Source: an uncultured Acidimicrobium sp.
GTDB taxonomy: Bacteria; Actinomycetota; Acidimicrobiia; Acidimicrobiales; Ilumatobacteraceae
Assembly (NCBI GenBank): GCA_964351545.1
Contig: CAYGOJ010000002.1
Location: 1 to 52,073 of the forward strand
Reading direction: 5' to 3'
Length of the DNA stretch: 52,073 nt
The position numbers and the translations under genes are program-made. Below are positions 19,384-27,801 of the stretch, in pieces (positions within the stretch are counted from its first letter, which is position 1; each line of letters opens with the position of its first letter). The notes under the pieces were generated by a model. The model worked only from the letters and a program-made list of their open reading frames with translations. It ran no database searches and was not told the origin of the DNA.

Positions 19384-19517
19384 GGAGGATGCCTCTTTTA
19401 ATCTGAAGGGGGGATAAAAATCTGATCGAGTATTCACAGTGTGTCACCTGAGCGAGCCGACCACTACACGGATCAGAAATTGATTAGGGCGGTCGGACGT
19501 CGCTTGGCTTGCAGTGG

Positions 19518-20369
19518 TTATTCCGAGGTCAGTGCTTGCAACTCGCGGACAACAATCTGATGCGATGCATACATGGTGACATTTGGCAAGGTGCCACTAG
19601 CCCCGGTATTGGATCGCCAAGTTATATGCCACTCAATACCCAACCGAGCGGGGTACGCACCGCTGCTGTGCAGGGCAGATGAGTGCTGATATGTATACAT
19701 ACAAGATGAGTCGAGTGAGTCGCCGAAGAATTCGAGCCACCAGCGACCGGGACCGGTGCATTCAATATCTCCCTCGCCCAAATTTCCGTCACCCGGTTGA
19801 AACTTCAATTTCTTGGGTGTTGCAGTTGTGGTAACGGAAAGCGGCCCGCTTGGAGTTGGTACCCACGCGGTTACCGACACCGGAACCCAAATCAAGGGAT
19901 TGACCCAAAACCACATTCCTAATTTGACAACCCCACGATGTGCGGGAGGCGCGAACTCGCCCCACGGCGCGGGGATGTTGTCGTAGAGAACCGAAGATGC
20001 CTCGACCGCCAGAGTTTCAGTCGAAACTTGTGGTATCCAGTAATACGCCGTCGCTGGAGTGCGATCGCTGCAGGTGTAGTCGTATAGCTGATAACGAATT
20101 GAACCGATCTGCTTAAAAACGAGTCCTCCATAGCCGATGTTCGAATCGTGGGGAATTGCTGGCGACCATTCGCAGTTGCCAATATCCGTATCGCCGATTG
20201 GTGGGACGCCGATTCGCACCCCGGCCATTATCTGTGCTCCATTCACGGCGGCACTGATGTCCACCGCCACGCCGTTGCTTGCGTCGTCGGCGTTGGCTAT
20301 ATCAATGCCTGTAGTCGGCATTCCGAGCGCCGTGGCAAAAACGAAACTAGTCACGAGCCAAATCCGCAT
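19518..20369 (-). CDS. secreted hypothetical protein (Trp/Cys-rich)
   Basis: 283 aa. Signal peptide MRIWLVTSFVFATALGMPTTGIDIANA, paired cysteines and an MWFWVNPLIWVP segment. No family recognised. Confidence 0.6.
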   Translation of the reverse strand: MRIWLVTSFVFATALGMPTTGIDIANADDASNGVAVDISAAVNGAQIMAGVRIGVPPIGDTDIGNCEWSPAIPHDSNIGYGGLVFKQIGSIRYQLYDYTCSDRTPATAYYWIPQVSTETLAVEASSVLYDNIPAPWGEFAPPAHRGVVKLGMWFWVNPLIWVPVSVTAWVPTPSGPLSVTTTATPKKLKFQPGDGNLGEGDIECTGPGRWWLEFFGDSLDSSCMYTYQHSSALHSSGAYPARLGIEWHITWRSNTGASGTLPNVTMYASHQIVVRELQALTSE

Positions 20370-20974
20370 ATGTCCTCTCCATACTTTGTGTCGGTGGCGG
20401 TTGCTTCAGACCATTTCCATTTGCCGTCGTGAACAATTACTAGCCAGGCTGTGTGACCGGAGATCACATCATCGTCGAAAACGATGTCATCTCCGACTTG
20501 GTCTGACCGTCTTGTGTCGTACACCACCAGGGAATCAAAGATGCATGTGTGCACCTCCGCCGAAAATGAACTCAACAAGTTAATGTTGTCTATACGGAAA
20601 CGAAATCTTCCTGCTCCTGGACGGGTAGCAAGATGTGCGTCGGCACGAGTCTTCATCAGGGCTTGCAGATATCTGCGGTACACGCTGTCGGGTGCAGTCA
20701 TTTGATGTACTGGGCAAGTTGCGGGTTTTCGCCCGCATTGCAACCGCAATTGGATTAGCCGAGAGAACTCGGCGGCAATCTGTTCGGTCGTTGTTTCGTC
20801 GGTCGAAAAACTATTTACGACAGACGGCTCGTCGGGCGAGGGCAATTGTTGAGTGGGGAAAACGGCGATTGAGGACTCGGAAGTGAATTGAAAATTGAGT
20901 TGGTCGTTTGTCCGACCACAACTTCCCATGCCGACGACAAGTGCCAGGCCCGCCGACCACCGAACGAAACTCAT
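20351..20974 (-). CDS. hypothetical lipoprotein
   Basis: Preferred start is ATG 20974 (MSFVRWSAGLALVVGMGSC|G lipobox). The ORF is open to TTG 21022. It overlaps the downstream secreted-protein gene by 19 nt (20351-20369). Confidence 0.55.
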   Translation of the reverse strand: MSFVRWSAGLALVVGMGSCGRTNDQLNFQFTSESSIAVFPTQQLPSPDEPSVVNSFSTDETTTEQIAAEFSRLIQLRLQCGRKPATCPVHQMTAPDSVYRRYLQALMKTRADAHLATRPGAGRFRFRIDNINLLSSFSAEVHTCIFDSLVVYDTRRSDQVGDDIVFDDDVISGHTAWLVIVHDGKWKWSEATATDTKYGEDICGFGS

Positions 20975-21107
20975 GTCCAATGAGATAACTGTCCCTCCGC
21001 CGAGAGCGTCCGATGTCCGCAATATCTGTCAGAAATCACCGCCTAACTAAGCGTGATCGTCGCAGATTTCATGTGTGCATGCCTAATTCTGCGAGGCGAT
21101 AGAATCA

Positions 21108-23261
21108 ATGAACCCCAAAATGACCCAACTGCACCCCGACCTCGATGCCGAACAGGCCTATATCGACCATGCATATGCCTGTCTCGAGCGCAGCAAGACC
21201 GATGCCTGGCGAATTCGAGACCTCAATGAGGCCAGCACCGGCGGTACCTTTCAGGCCCGGTTCGAGCGAAATGCCTTCGACGAACAGCTTCTCAACAGGC
21301 TGACCCAGCTCGATCTAGGCGATGCCGCATTGGTATTTGGGCGAATCGACAAACTGGCGGAAACTCCAGATGGAATCGAAAGTTTTCACATCGGACGTCT
21401 GGCGGTTGCCGACACCAATCGCGAGCCCGTGGTAGTGGATTGGCGGGCGCCGATCGCGGAGCCTTTTTATCGCGCCACCGGGCGGGAGCCAATGGGATTG
21501 GCGCGGCGTCGACACTTCTCCGTGAGTGGACAAACCCTGCACGGGATCGAAGACGAATTGTTTGGCGACGGTCACCTTGGAGTCGGTCACGACGAAGGTC
21601 TTGGCGGTTCAGACATGACAACGGTGCAGCAAACGGCAACCGGGTTGCGTGGATACAGCACATTGTTGTCGGTGTTGTCACGCGGTCGCACGGGCCAACT
21701 CGGTGACATTGTGGCGACCATTCAAGCGGAACAGGATCAGATAATTAGGTCCCCACAGCATGGGGTCATGGTCGTGCAGGGCGGACCCGGAACCGGAAAA
21801 ACCGTCGTAGCGCTACATCGAGCCGCCTATTTGCTGTATACCTATCGCTTTCCATTGGAAGAGCAGGGCGTCCTTGTGATCGGTCCGAATCGAGTGTTTC
21901 TACGATATATCGAGCGAGTGTTGCCTTCGCTCGGCGAGGCTGGAGTGTCGCAGGTTGTGCTTGCGGATTTAGTGCCGGGTCATCGTTTTGGTCGCAAGGA
22001 AGACACCGCCGTGGAGCGAATCAAGGGCGACATCCGAATTGTTGATGTCGTGGCCAAGGCAATAAGTGATCGCGAGCGGGCACTGCGTGAGGATCTCGTC
22101 ATACCTTTCGGGGCCGGATACCTGCGCCTATCGGCTAAGGAGTCTGGGCGAATTGTGCGTGAAGCACGACGACGCTTTCGACGACACAATGCAGCACAAC
22201 GGTGGGTCGAGACTGAAATGGTCGCGGCCATGGCGGCAACGAGGCGAGATTCGGAAATTGATCTTGGCCAACTGCGCGAATCATTACGTGATATCGAAGA
22301 CTTCCGCATTGCTGTGACCAGAATTTGGCCAGTGCTGACGCCCGCCGAGTTATTGCACGATTTGTTTGGCTCGAAGGCACTGATCCGCATTGCCGCTTCA
22401 GGTGTGTTGGAGATCGAGGAGTACGAGTTGCTTTATCGTCCGCGAAGTGAAACCTTGGCCGATGTTCACTGGAGCGACGGCGACATTGCGATACTGGACG
22501 CCGCGCTTGGTCTATTGGGCCCGCGACCAAGACGAAATGGAAAGATAAGCGAGTCCGACGAAATTCGACTCTACGGTCACATCATTATTGATGAGATCCA
22601 GGACCTCACGCCGATGCAACTGAGAATGGCAAATCGACGTTCGCTCAACGGCGCTATGACCGTGGTTGGCGACCTTGCTCAGGCGACCGGTGTTTTCGCG
22701 CCACAGTCTTGGTCGGAAATAGTTAGGTATTTACCGGACAAGCGGGAACCACAAGTATTCAGCTTGTCGGTCGGTTATCGAATTCCGGAAGAAATTATGG
22801 CTCTCGCCGATCGGGTTATGCGTGCTGCGGCACCGGCGTTGCATCCGCCGCGTTCGGTTCGCCAAGGAGAATTCCCACCGCTCATCATTCGCGCCGAATC
22901 CGATGACGACTTACTCAATGAAGTAGTTGGTCACACACGCCAGATTCTGGAAGCAATTGGCGATGGAAATGTTGCCGTGGTGTGTCCAGACTCGATGGCG
23001 GAGGCAGTTTCAGACGCACTTTCGCTGGCCCACATCGAACACGGTCGAGCCAATAACACCGCCTTGGATTCTCGACTTACGGTGGTGCCGGTGAGCCTCG
23101 TCAAAGGTCTGGAATTGGACGGCGTCGTCGTGGTCGAGCCAAGTGCAATTGTTGCCGCACAGGAGAACGGTTTGCGGGCGTTATATGTGGCACTCACTCG
23201 CGCCACGCAGCGATTGACGGTGGTGCACGCCCAGGCACTTCCGCCGTCGATGATTTTCTAA
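21108..23261 (+). CDS. helD: HelD-type RNA polymerase-associated UvrD-like helicase/ATPase
   Basis: 717 aa. HelD-like N-terminus (LDAEQAYIDHAYACLE...), Walker A GGPGTGKT, IIIDEIQD, and C-terminal LYVALTRATQRL. Confidence 0.85.
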   Translation: MNPKMTQLHPDLDAEQAYIDHAYACLERSKTDAWRIRDLNEASTGGTFQARFERNAFDEQLLNRLTQLDLGDAALVFGRIDKLAETPDGIESFHIGRLAVADTNREPVVVDWRAPIAEPFYRATGREPMGLARRRHFSVSGQTLHGIEDELFGDGHLGVGHDEGLGGSDMTTVQQTATGLRGYSTLLSVLSRGRTGQLGDIVATIQAEQDQIIRSPQHGVMVVQGGPGTGKTVVALHRAAYLLYTYRFPLEEQGVLVIGPNRVFLRYIERVLPSLGEAGVSQVVLADLVPGHRFGRKEDTAVERIKGDIRIVDVVAKAISDRERALREDLVIPFGAGYLRLSAKESGRIVREARRRFRRHNAAQRWVETEMVAAMAATRRDSEIDLGQLRESLRDIEDFRIAVTRIWPVLTPAELLHDLFGSKALIRIAASGVLEIEEYELLYRPRSETLADVHWSDGDIAILDAALGLLGPRPRRNGKISESDEIRLYGHIIIDEIQDLTPMQLRMANRRSLNGAMTVVGDLAQATGVFAPQSWSEIVRYLPDKREPQVFSLSVGYRIPEEIMALADRVMRAAAPALHPPRSVRQGEFPPLIIRAESDDDLLNEVVGHTRQILEAIGDGNVAVVCPDSMAEAVSDALSLAHIEHGRANNTALDSRLTVVPVSLVKGLELDGVVVVEPSAIVAAQENGLRALYVALTRATQRLTVVHAQALPPSMIF

Positions 23262-23311
23262 TTGAAACTGATTCCAGGCGGATAGCCGGTAGTTACCGGA
23301 CGGCTGGTCCG

Positions 23312-23974
23312 TCAAGCGGTGACGAGAATTCGGGCACTGGCAAACGCGTCAATATCTACCGAATTACCTTCAATGTCCACAGTTCGCGATCCGTCGGCAT
23401 GGGACCCGGTGACGATTCCACGGCGCCCTGGGGAGATGCGGGAAAGTTCTAGGAAGTCGAGAACTCCCGGCGCAAACTCGAGTTCTTCGGGGATTCGGTT
23501 GACAGTGAATTCCGATCCCACCTCAATACTGAAAAGTGAAATGAGATCTAGTTCGATGTACTTTGAACCGGGAATTGGATTTCCATGCGGGCACGTGGTC
23601 GGGGTACCCAGAAGATTGTTCATCGCTAATTCGACTTCGGCAGTTATCACATGTTCCCATTTACAGGCCTCGTGATGTGCGATTGACCAGGAAAGTCCGA
23701 GCACATCGGTGAGGAAGCGCTCCGCAATCCGATGTCGACGCACGACCCGACTGCCGAGAGTTTCCCCGAGTTCGGTGAGTCGAATCTTGCTTCCCGTTGA
23801 CGTCAAGAGGCCTTCGTCCTCCATTCGATGAATCATTTCCGAAACGGAAGGACGCGACACATTGAGTCGATCCGCCACGCGGGCTTGAATGAGTTCGAGG
23901 TTGTCTTCGCGAAGCTCAAAAATGCACTCGCAATACTCTTCGAATGCAGGATGGTGTTCGCCAGCAGTGGCCAT
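23312..23974 (-). CDS. DtxR/IdeR/MntR-family metal-dependent transcriptional regulator with a C-terminal FeoA/SH3-like domain
   Basis: 220 aa. HTH VADRLNVSRPSVSEMIHRMEDEGL, a metal-site region (AHHEACKWEH) and a C-terminal SH3-like segment. Confidence 0.85.
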   Translation of the reverse strand: MATAGEHHPAFEEYCECIFELREDNLELIQARVADRLNVSRPSVSEMIHRMEDEGLLTSTGSKIRLTELGETLGSRVVRRHRIAERFLTDVLGLSWSIAHHEACKWEHVITAEVELAMNNLLGTPTTCPHGNPIPGSKYIELDLISLFSIEVGSEFTVNRIPEELEFAPGVLDFLELSRISPGRRGIVTGSHADGSRTVDIEGNSVDIDAFASARILVTA

Positions 23975-24021
23975 TAGTCAGAGGTTACCAACGCCGTGCC
24001 CCCGGATGTTCCTGGCATTTA

Positions 24022-24348
24022 CTATGTTCCATTGAGTCCTTCGTCTCGATCGGCGGCCTTGACTGCATATCCCAAAACAATTGCCGGTGCCAATAAGACC
24101 GAGCCAATGATTAATCCCATCGTTGCAATGGCTCCGACCATCGGCGTGAATCGCCACAGCAAACCGACTCCGACGGCAACAATCGAAATTCCAAAACAGA
24201 GATATCCGAGCCGCATGGCTCGCTTGTTCCAGATCGAAATAATCTTTCGTCGACGCCTAATTGGATCGTTGTCTTGGACGGGAGAGGTCATAAAGTCGTC
24301 TACATGGTAGATGGAATTCGTCTCGGGCAACTCACCGTTGATTGGCAC
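24022..24348 (-). CDS. small two-TM membrane protein (DUF3099-like)
   Basis: A basic patch RRRRKIISIWNKR is followed by two hydrophobic helices, which resembles the actinobacterial DUF3099. The start may be internal (ATG 24291). Confidence 0.5.
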   Translation of the reverse strand: MPINGELPETNSIYHVDDFMTSPVQDNDPIRRRRKIISIWNKRAMRLGYLCFGISIVAVGVGLLWRFTPMVGAIATMGLIIGSVLLAPAIVLGYAVKAADRDEGLNGT

Positions 24349-25056
24349 GAGTCAGTAGCCGTGGTCACCATTAATCGACCCGAGCGTCGCAATTCCGTGG
24401 ACTTGCCAACTCTCTTGGCGATCCGCGGGGCGCAAATTGATGTCGTGGCCAAAGGCGGCAGGGCTCTGATAATTACCGGTGTAGCCCCGGCCTTTTGTGC
24501 GGGCGCCGATTTGTCGGGAGCACCTGAGGAAGAGTTTGGTTCAGCCTTGCACGAAGTACTTCACGCCATGACCACTATGCCGATCGTGACGATGGCGTGC
24601 ATTGATGGGCCGGCGCTTGGAGCGGGTGCCCAAATAGCGTCCTCGTGCGACTTACGGGTGGCGAGCCCAACGAGCCTTATTGGAATTCCGGCCGCAAAAC
24701 TTGGACTGGTGGTCAGCCATTGGACCGTGGAGCGACTCGTTCAGGAATTTTCGTGGTCGGTGGCTCGGGCAATGTTGCTGACGGCGCGACTATATACCGG
24801 GGCCGAATTGGCACAAACGGGTTCCGTGCATCGGCTCGGAAACTTGAGCGAGGCGCTCTCGTTGGCAAAAGAGATATCGGCGTTGGCTCCACTTTCAATT
24901 GCCGGACACAAGCTGGCGCTCGCGGTCTCGGCGTCAGGTACGCAAACTAATGAACTCGTTAACGAGGCCCGCGAGCGTGCGTGGGGAAGTAACGACGCGA
25001 TTGAAGGACGCATGGCGTTTCTAGAAAAGCGTTCGCCAAATTTCATCGGTTCATGA
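24304..25056 (+). CDS. enoyl-CoA hydratase/isomerase (crotonase) family protein
   Basis: TINRPERRNS and FCAGADL oxyanion-hole motifs. The ORF is open from 24274; I prefer ATG 24304. Confidence 0.85.
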   Translation: MVDGIRLGQLTVDWHESVAVVTINRPERRNSVDLPTLLAIRGAQIDVVAKGGRALIITGVAPAFCAGADLSGAPEEEFGSALHEVLHAMTTMPIVTMACIDGPALGAGAQIASSCDLRVASPTSLIGIPAAKLGLVVSHWTVERLVQEFSWSVARAMLLTARLYTGAELAQTGSVHRLGNLSEALSLAKEISALAPLSIAGHKLALAVSASGTQTNELVNEARERAWGSNDAIEGRMAFLEKRSPNFIGS

Positions 25057-25072
25057 CGGAAATGATGAGATT

Positions 25073-25726
25073 ATGACAATAGAAAGCATTGTTGAAATGC
25101 GCGAAGCAGTTGTCGTGTACGGAGACTTTCCGGCGTTGGCCGGGATCACCTTGTCGGTTAGAAAGGGCGAAATTCTGCTGTTGCAAGGCGCAAATGGTGC
25201 CGGCAAATCTACGCTATTGCGAACTTGCGCGGGACTGACTCCGATAGTTCGAGGGACCGCGGAGGTCCTTGGTCACGACTTGCGAACCGAACGAAATTTA
25301 GTGCGTCGTCGAGTTGGTCTACTCGGTCACAGCAACGGACTCTTCAGTGATCTGACAATTCGCGAAAATGTAAACTTTTGGTCACGTCTCGTTGGTGCTG
25401 GTGACGAAGATACCGAAGCGGCACTCGCACGAATGGGAATTAACGGTCGCCTCGCCGATGTGCGTATTGGAGAGTTGTCTGCTGGACAAAAGCGCCGATG
25501 CTCGCTCGCCAATCTCGTGGTTCGTCGTGCCGAACTGTGGCTCTTAGACGAGCCTCATGCTGGACTGGACGGAACTGGACGGGACGAATTGGATGCGATT
25601 CTGCGTCAGGCAGTCGCCTCGGGGGCCACCGTCGTCATTGCGTCACATGAAATTGAGCGTTCCACTCAACTTGCAACCAGGGTTGTGCAGGTTTCTGGCG
25701 GACAGATATTTGGTGCGTCATTGTGA
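25073..25726 (+). CDS. ccmA: heme exporter ATP-binding protein CcmA
   Basis: Walker A GANGAGKST, signature LSAGQKRR, Walker B LWLLDEP. First gene of the ccm array. Confidence 0.88.
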   Translation: MTIESIVEMREAVVVYGDFPALAGITLSVRKGEILLLQGANGAGKSTLLRTCAGLTPIVRGTAEVLGHDLRTERNLVRRRVGLLGHSNGLFSDLTIRENVNFWSRLVGAGDEDTEAALARMGINGRLADVRIGELSAGQKRRCSLANLVVRRAELWLLDEPHAGLDGTGRDELDAILRQAVASGATVVIASHEIERSTQLATRVVQVSGGQIFGASL

Positions 25727-26415
25727 AGTTTCAATCCGTGTTTCGAGTTGCTCGAGTTGTTGCAGAAAAAGATTTGCGAATAGAGATTCGCAGTCATGTG
25801 GTGACGAACCAGATTGTGCCGTTCGCATCCTTGGTAATGGTGATGTTTGCCTTCGCCTTAGATGATGATTTGCTGCTGGCGCGGGTCGCCGGCGGTCTTG
25901 TGTGGCTGGCGATTTTGTTTTCGTTGCTTGTTATTGTCCAGCGATCCTTTGCGATCGAGACCGACGACGGCGCATTGGATGCCCTGCGAGTTGCCGGCTT
26001 CGATCCGGCCGGAATATTTCTTGGCAAGGCACTTGCCCTGGTGTTTCAGTTACTCATTTTGGAAACCACTCTGATTGGAGCGGCGATTGTTTTGTATCGA
26101 GTGCAGATCGAACCGACGTCGGTAGTGCTTTTGGTCACTTGCATGCTTTGCGCAACACTTGGTTTGTCCTTTGTTGGCACCATTTTTGGCGGCCTGGCCG
26201 CGGGCACGCGCGGTCGAGAAACCTTGTTGCCGCTGTTGATGCTGCCAGCGATTGCGCCAGTATTGATTGGTGCAACTCGAGCGACCGAAGCCGCATTCAA
26301 CACAAGCGGTATGGTGACATCCGAGGGCTGGCCCTGGGTTGGGTTGTTGGCAGTATTCGCCGCGGTATTCGGAGTTGGTGGCCTGAATGCCTTTGGCTCA
26401 CTGATTGAGGAATGA
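25723..26415 (+). CDS. ccmB: heme exporter permease CcmB
   Basis: 230 aa, 6-TM. The GTG start overlaps the ccmA stop. CcmB-like FRVARVVAEKDLRIEIRS N-terminus. Confidence 0.85.
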   Translation: MKFQSVFRVARVVAEKDLRIEIRSHVVTNQIVPFASLVMVMFAFALDDDLLLARVAGGLVWLAILFSLLVIVQRSFAIETDDGALDALRVAGFDPAGIFLGKALALVFQLLILETTLIGAAIVLYRVQIEPTSVVLLVTCMLCATLGLSFVGTIFGGLAAGTRGRETLLPLLMLPAIAPVLIGATRATEAAFNTSGMVTSEGWPWVGLLAVFAAVFGVGGLNAFGSLIEE

Positions 26416-27194
26416 TGTACGGCGACAACGACATGAAGCACGACTCGACACCGGATGCTGTTGGCGGGGTCGCCACCACTACTTCTCGAGTGATTGGCGT
26501 TGTCGCAATTGTGACGATGTCGTGGGTGTTGGTGTCTGGACTATTTCTCACCCCGGCAGATGTAAATCAGGGCGACGCGGTGCGGATCATGTATGTGCAT
26601 GTGCCAACGGCATGGATTGCATACATGGCCTTCGTCGTCACCGGCGTGGCATCGCTTGCTTGGCTAGTAAGGAAGAAACCATCGCTTGCGCTCGATCGCG
26701 TCGCTGGGGCGAGCGCCGAGGTCGGGGTTTTGTTTATGGCGATGACGCTGATCAGCGGAAGTTTGTGGGGTCGCCTGACATGGGGAACCTATTGGGTATG
26801 GGACCCCCGCCTTACGACCACCTCATTTCTCTTCGTCACCTACCTTGGATACCTCGCGGTTCGGGGATTGGGCGGATCGCCTCAGCAGCGCGCGCAGCGA
26901 TCGGCGGTGATTGCTGCGTTGGCAGTTCTGGAAATCCCGCTTGTGCATTTCAGCGTTGTGCTGTGGCGTTCACTGCATCAAAGCGCGAGTGTTCTCCGTC
27001 CGGACGGCGACGTAAAAATGGATGGGCTGATGCTGTTCACATTATTTAGTGGAGTACTGGCGTTCACCTTCACATTTCTCTGGCTGGTCATTCATCGACA
27101 ACGTTTGCTTTTGATGCGTGATGTGGTCGGCGAAAAGGGTCTGGAGGCAGCAATCCGTGAACGAAGGAACGACCACGATGGAGTTGTTGTATGA
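26412..27194 (+). CDS. ccmC: heme exporter / heme-handling protein CcmC
   Basis: WWD-type tryptophan-rich motif WGRLTWGTYWVWDPRLT, conserved His residues, ATGA overlap with ccmB. Confidence 0.9.
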   Translation: MMYGDNDMKHDSTPDAVGGVATTTSRVIGVVAIVTMSWVLVSGLFLTPADVNQGDAVRIMYVHVPTAWIAYMAFVVTGVASLAWLVRKKPSLALDRVAGASAEVGVLFMAMTLISGSLWGRLTWGTYWVWDPRLTTTSFLFVTYLGYLAVRGLGGSPQQRAQRSAVIAALAVLEIPLVHFSVVLWRSLHQSASVLRPDGDVKMDGLMLFTLFSGVLAFTFTFLWLVIHRQRLLLMRDVVGEKGLEAAIRERRNDHDGVVV

Positions 27195-27325
27195 GTGATG
27201 CCGGGTTCATCGTGCTCAGTTATATCGTCACCGGCGGGTCAATTTTGGTACTTGTTGTCGTGACGATTCATCGTGGTCGACTGTTATCACGTCAAGTTGC
27301 CGACGAGGACAAACCGTGGATCTAA
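27191..27325 (+). CDS. ccmD: heme exporter protein CcmD (44 aa; not in the supplied ORF track)
   Basis: ATG 27191 overlaps the ccmC stop (ATGA). It translates to MSDAGFIVLSYIVTGGSILVLVVVTIHRGRLLSRQVADEDKPWI, a single TM followed by a basic patch. TAA is at 27323-27325, and it overlaps the ccmE GTG at 27316. Confidence 0.75.
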   Translation: MSDAGFIVLSYIVTGGSILVLVVVTIHRGRLLSRQVADEDKPWI

Positions 27326-27801
27326 GTCCGCGAACATCTTCCGACGACGCACCCGTAGCACCTCGCCGTAGGAAAGCCAGCTACATATCGATCGCCCTGA
27401 TTGCCCTCATACTTGTAGGTGGGGCGGTGATCGTCACAAAGTTTCTTACCTCTGCGATTGACTACTACTGCAACGTCGATGAGATCGGAGTTAGAGACGG
27501 CTGCGAACCGGGCCGACAATTGCGAGTGCAAGGAACCGTGGATCGCGGGTCGTTGACCTCGGTGGACGGGGCGACCGCCTTTTCGCTGTCGTTCAACCAC
27601 AAAACCCTTCATGTCGTGTATTCGGGCCAACCGGGAGGGATCTTTCAGGAATGTATTCCGGTCGTGGCCCAGGGTCGCCTCGTTGGGGGAATATTCAAAG
27701 CTGTGCGCATCGAAGTTAAACATTCAAATGACTATGTGGCAGTTAACGAAGACCGAATTGCCCAAGCCGAGGCCGAAGCGTGTTCGCCAGTAGCGGGGTG
27801 A
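27316..27801 (+). CDS. ccmE: cytochrome c-type biogenesis heme chaperone CcmE
   Basis: 161 aa. N-terminal TM anchor, OB-fold region and heme-binding HxxxY motif (KHSNDY). Confidence 0.9.
   Translation: MDLSPRTSSDDAPVAPRRRKASYISIALIALILVGGAVIVTKFLTSAIDYYCNVDEIGVRDGCEPGRQLRVQGTVDRGSLTSVDGATAFSLSFNHKTLHVVYSGQPGGIFQECIPVVAQGRLVGGIFKAVRIEVKHSNDYVAVNEDRIAQAEAEACSPVAG

Noticed and set aside
21023-21107. I looked for a rifamycin-associated element (RAE) upstream of helD.
   Set aside because: There is no GC-rich ~19-bp palindrome. Only a weak interrupted inverted repeat is present.
23286-23311. Two small hairpins (CCGGTA-GT-TACCGG and CGGAC-GGCTG-GTCCG) between convergent helD and the DtxR-family gene
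   Set aside because: The stems are short (5-6 bp), one has a 2-nt loop, and there is no U-tract on either strand. They are not convincing as intrinsic terminators.
26405-27049. A 214-aa alternative-frame ORF overlapping ccmC on the same strand
   Set aside because: The ccmC frame carries the WWD motif and TM pattern. The alternative frame is Arg/Gly/Cys-rich and looks like noise.
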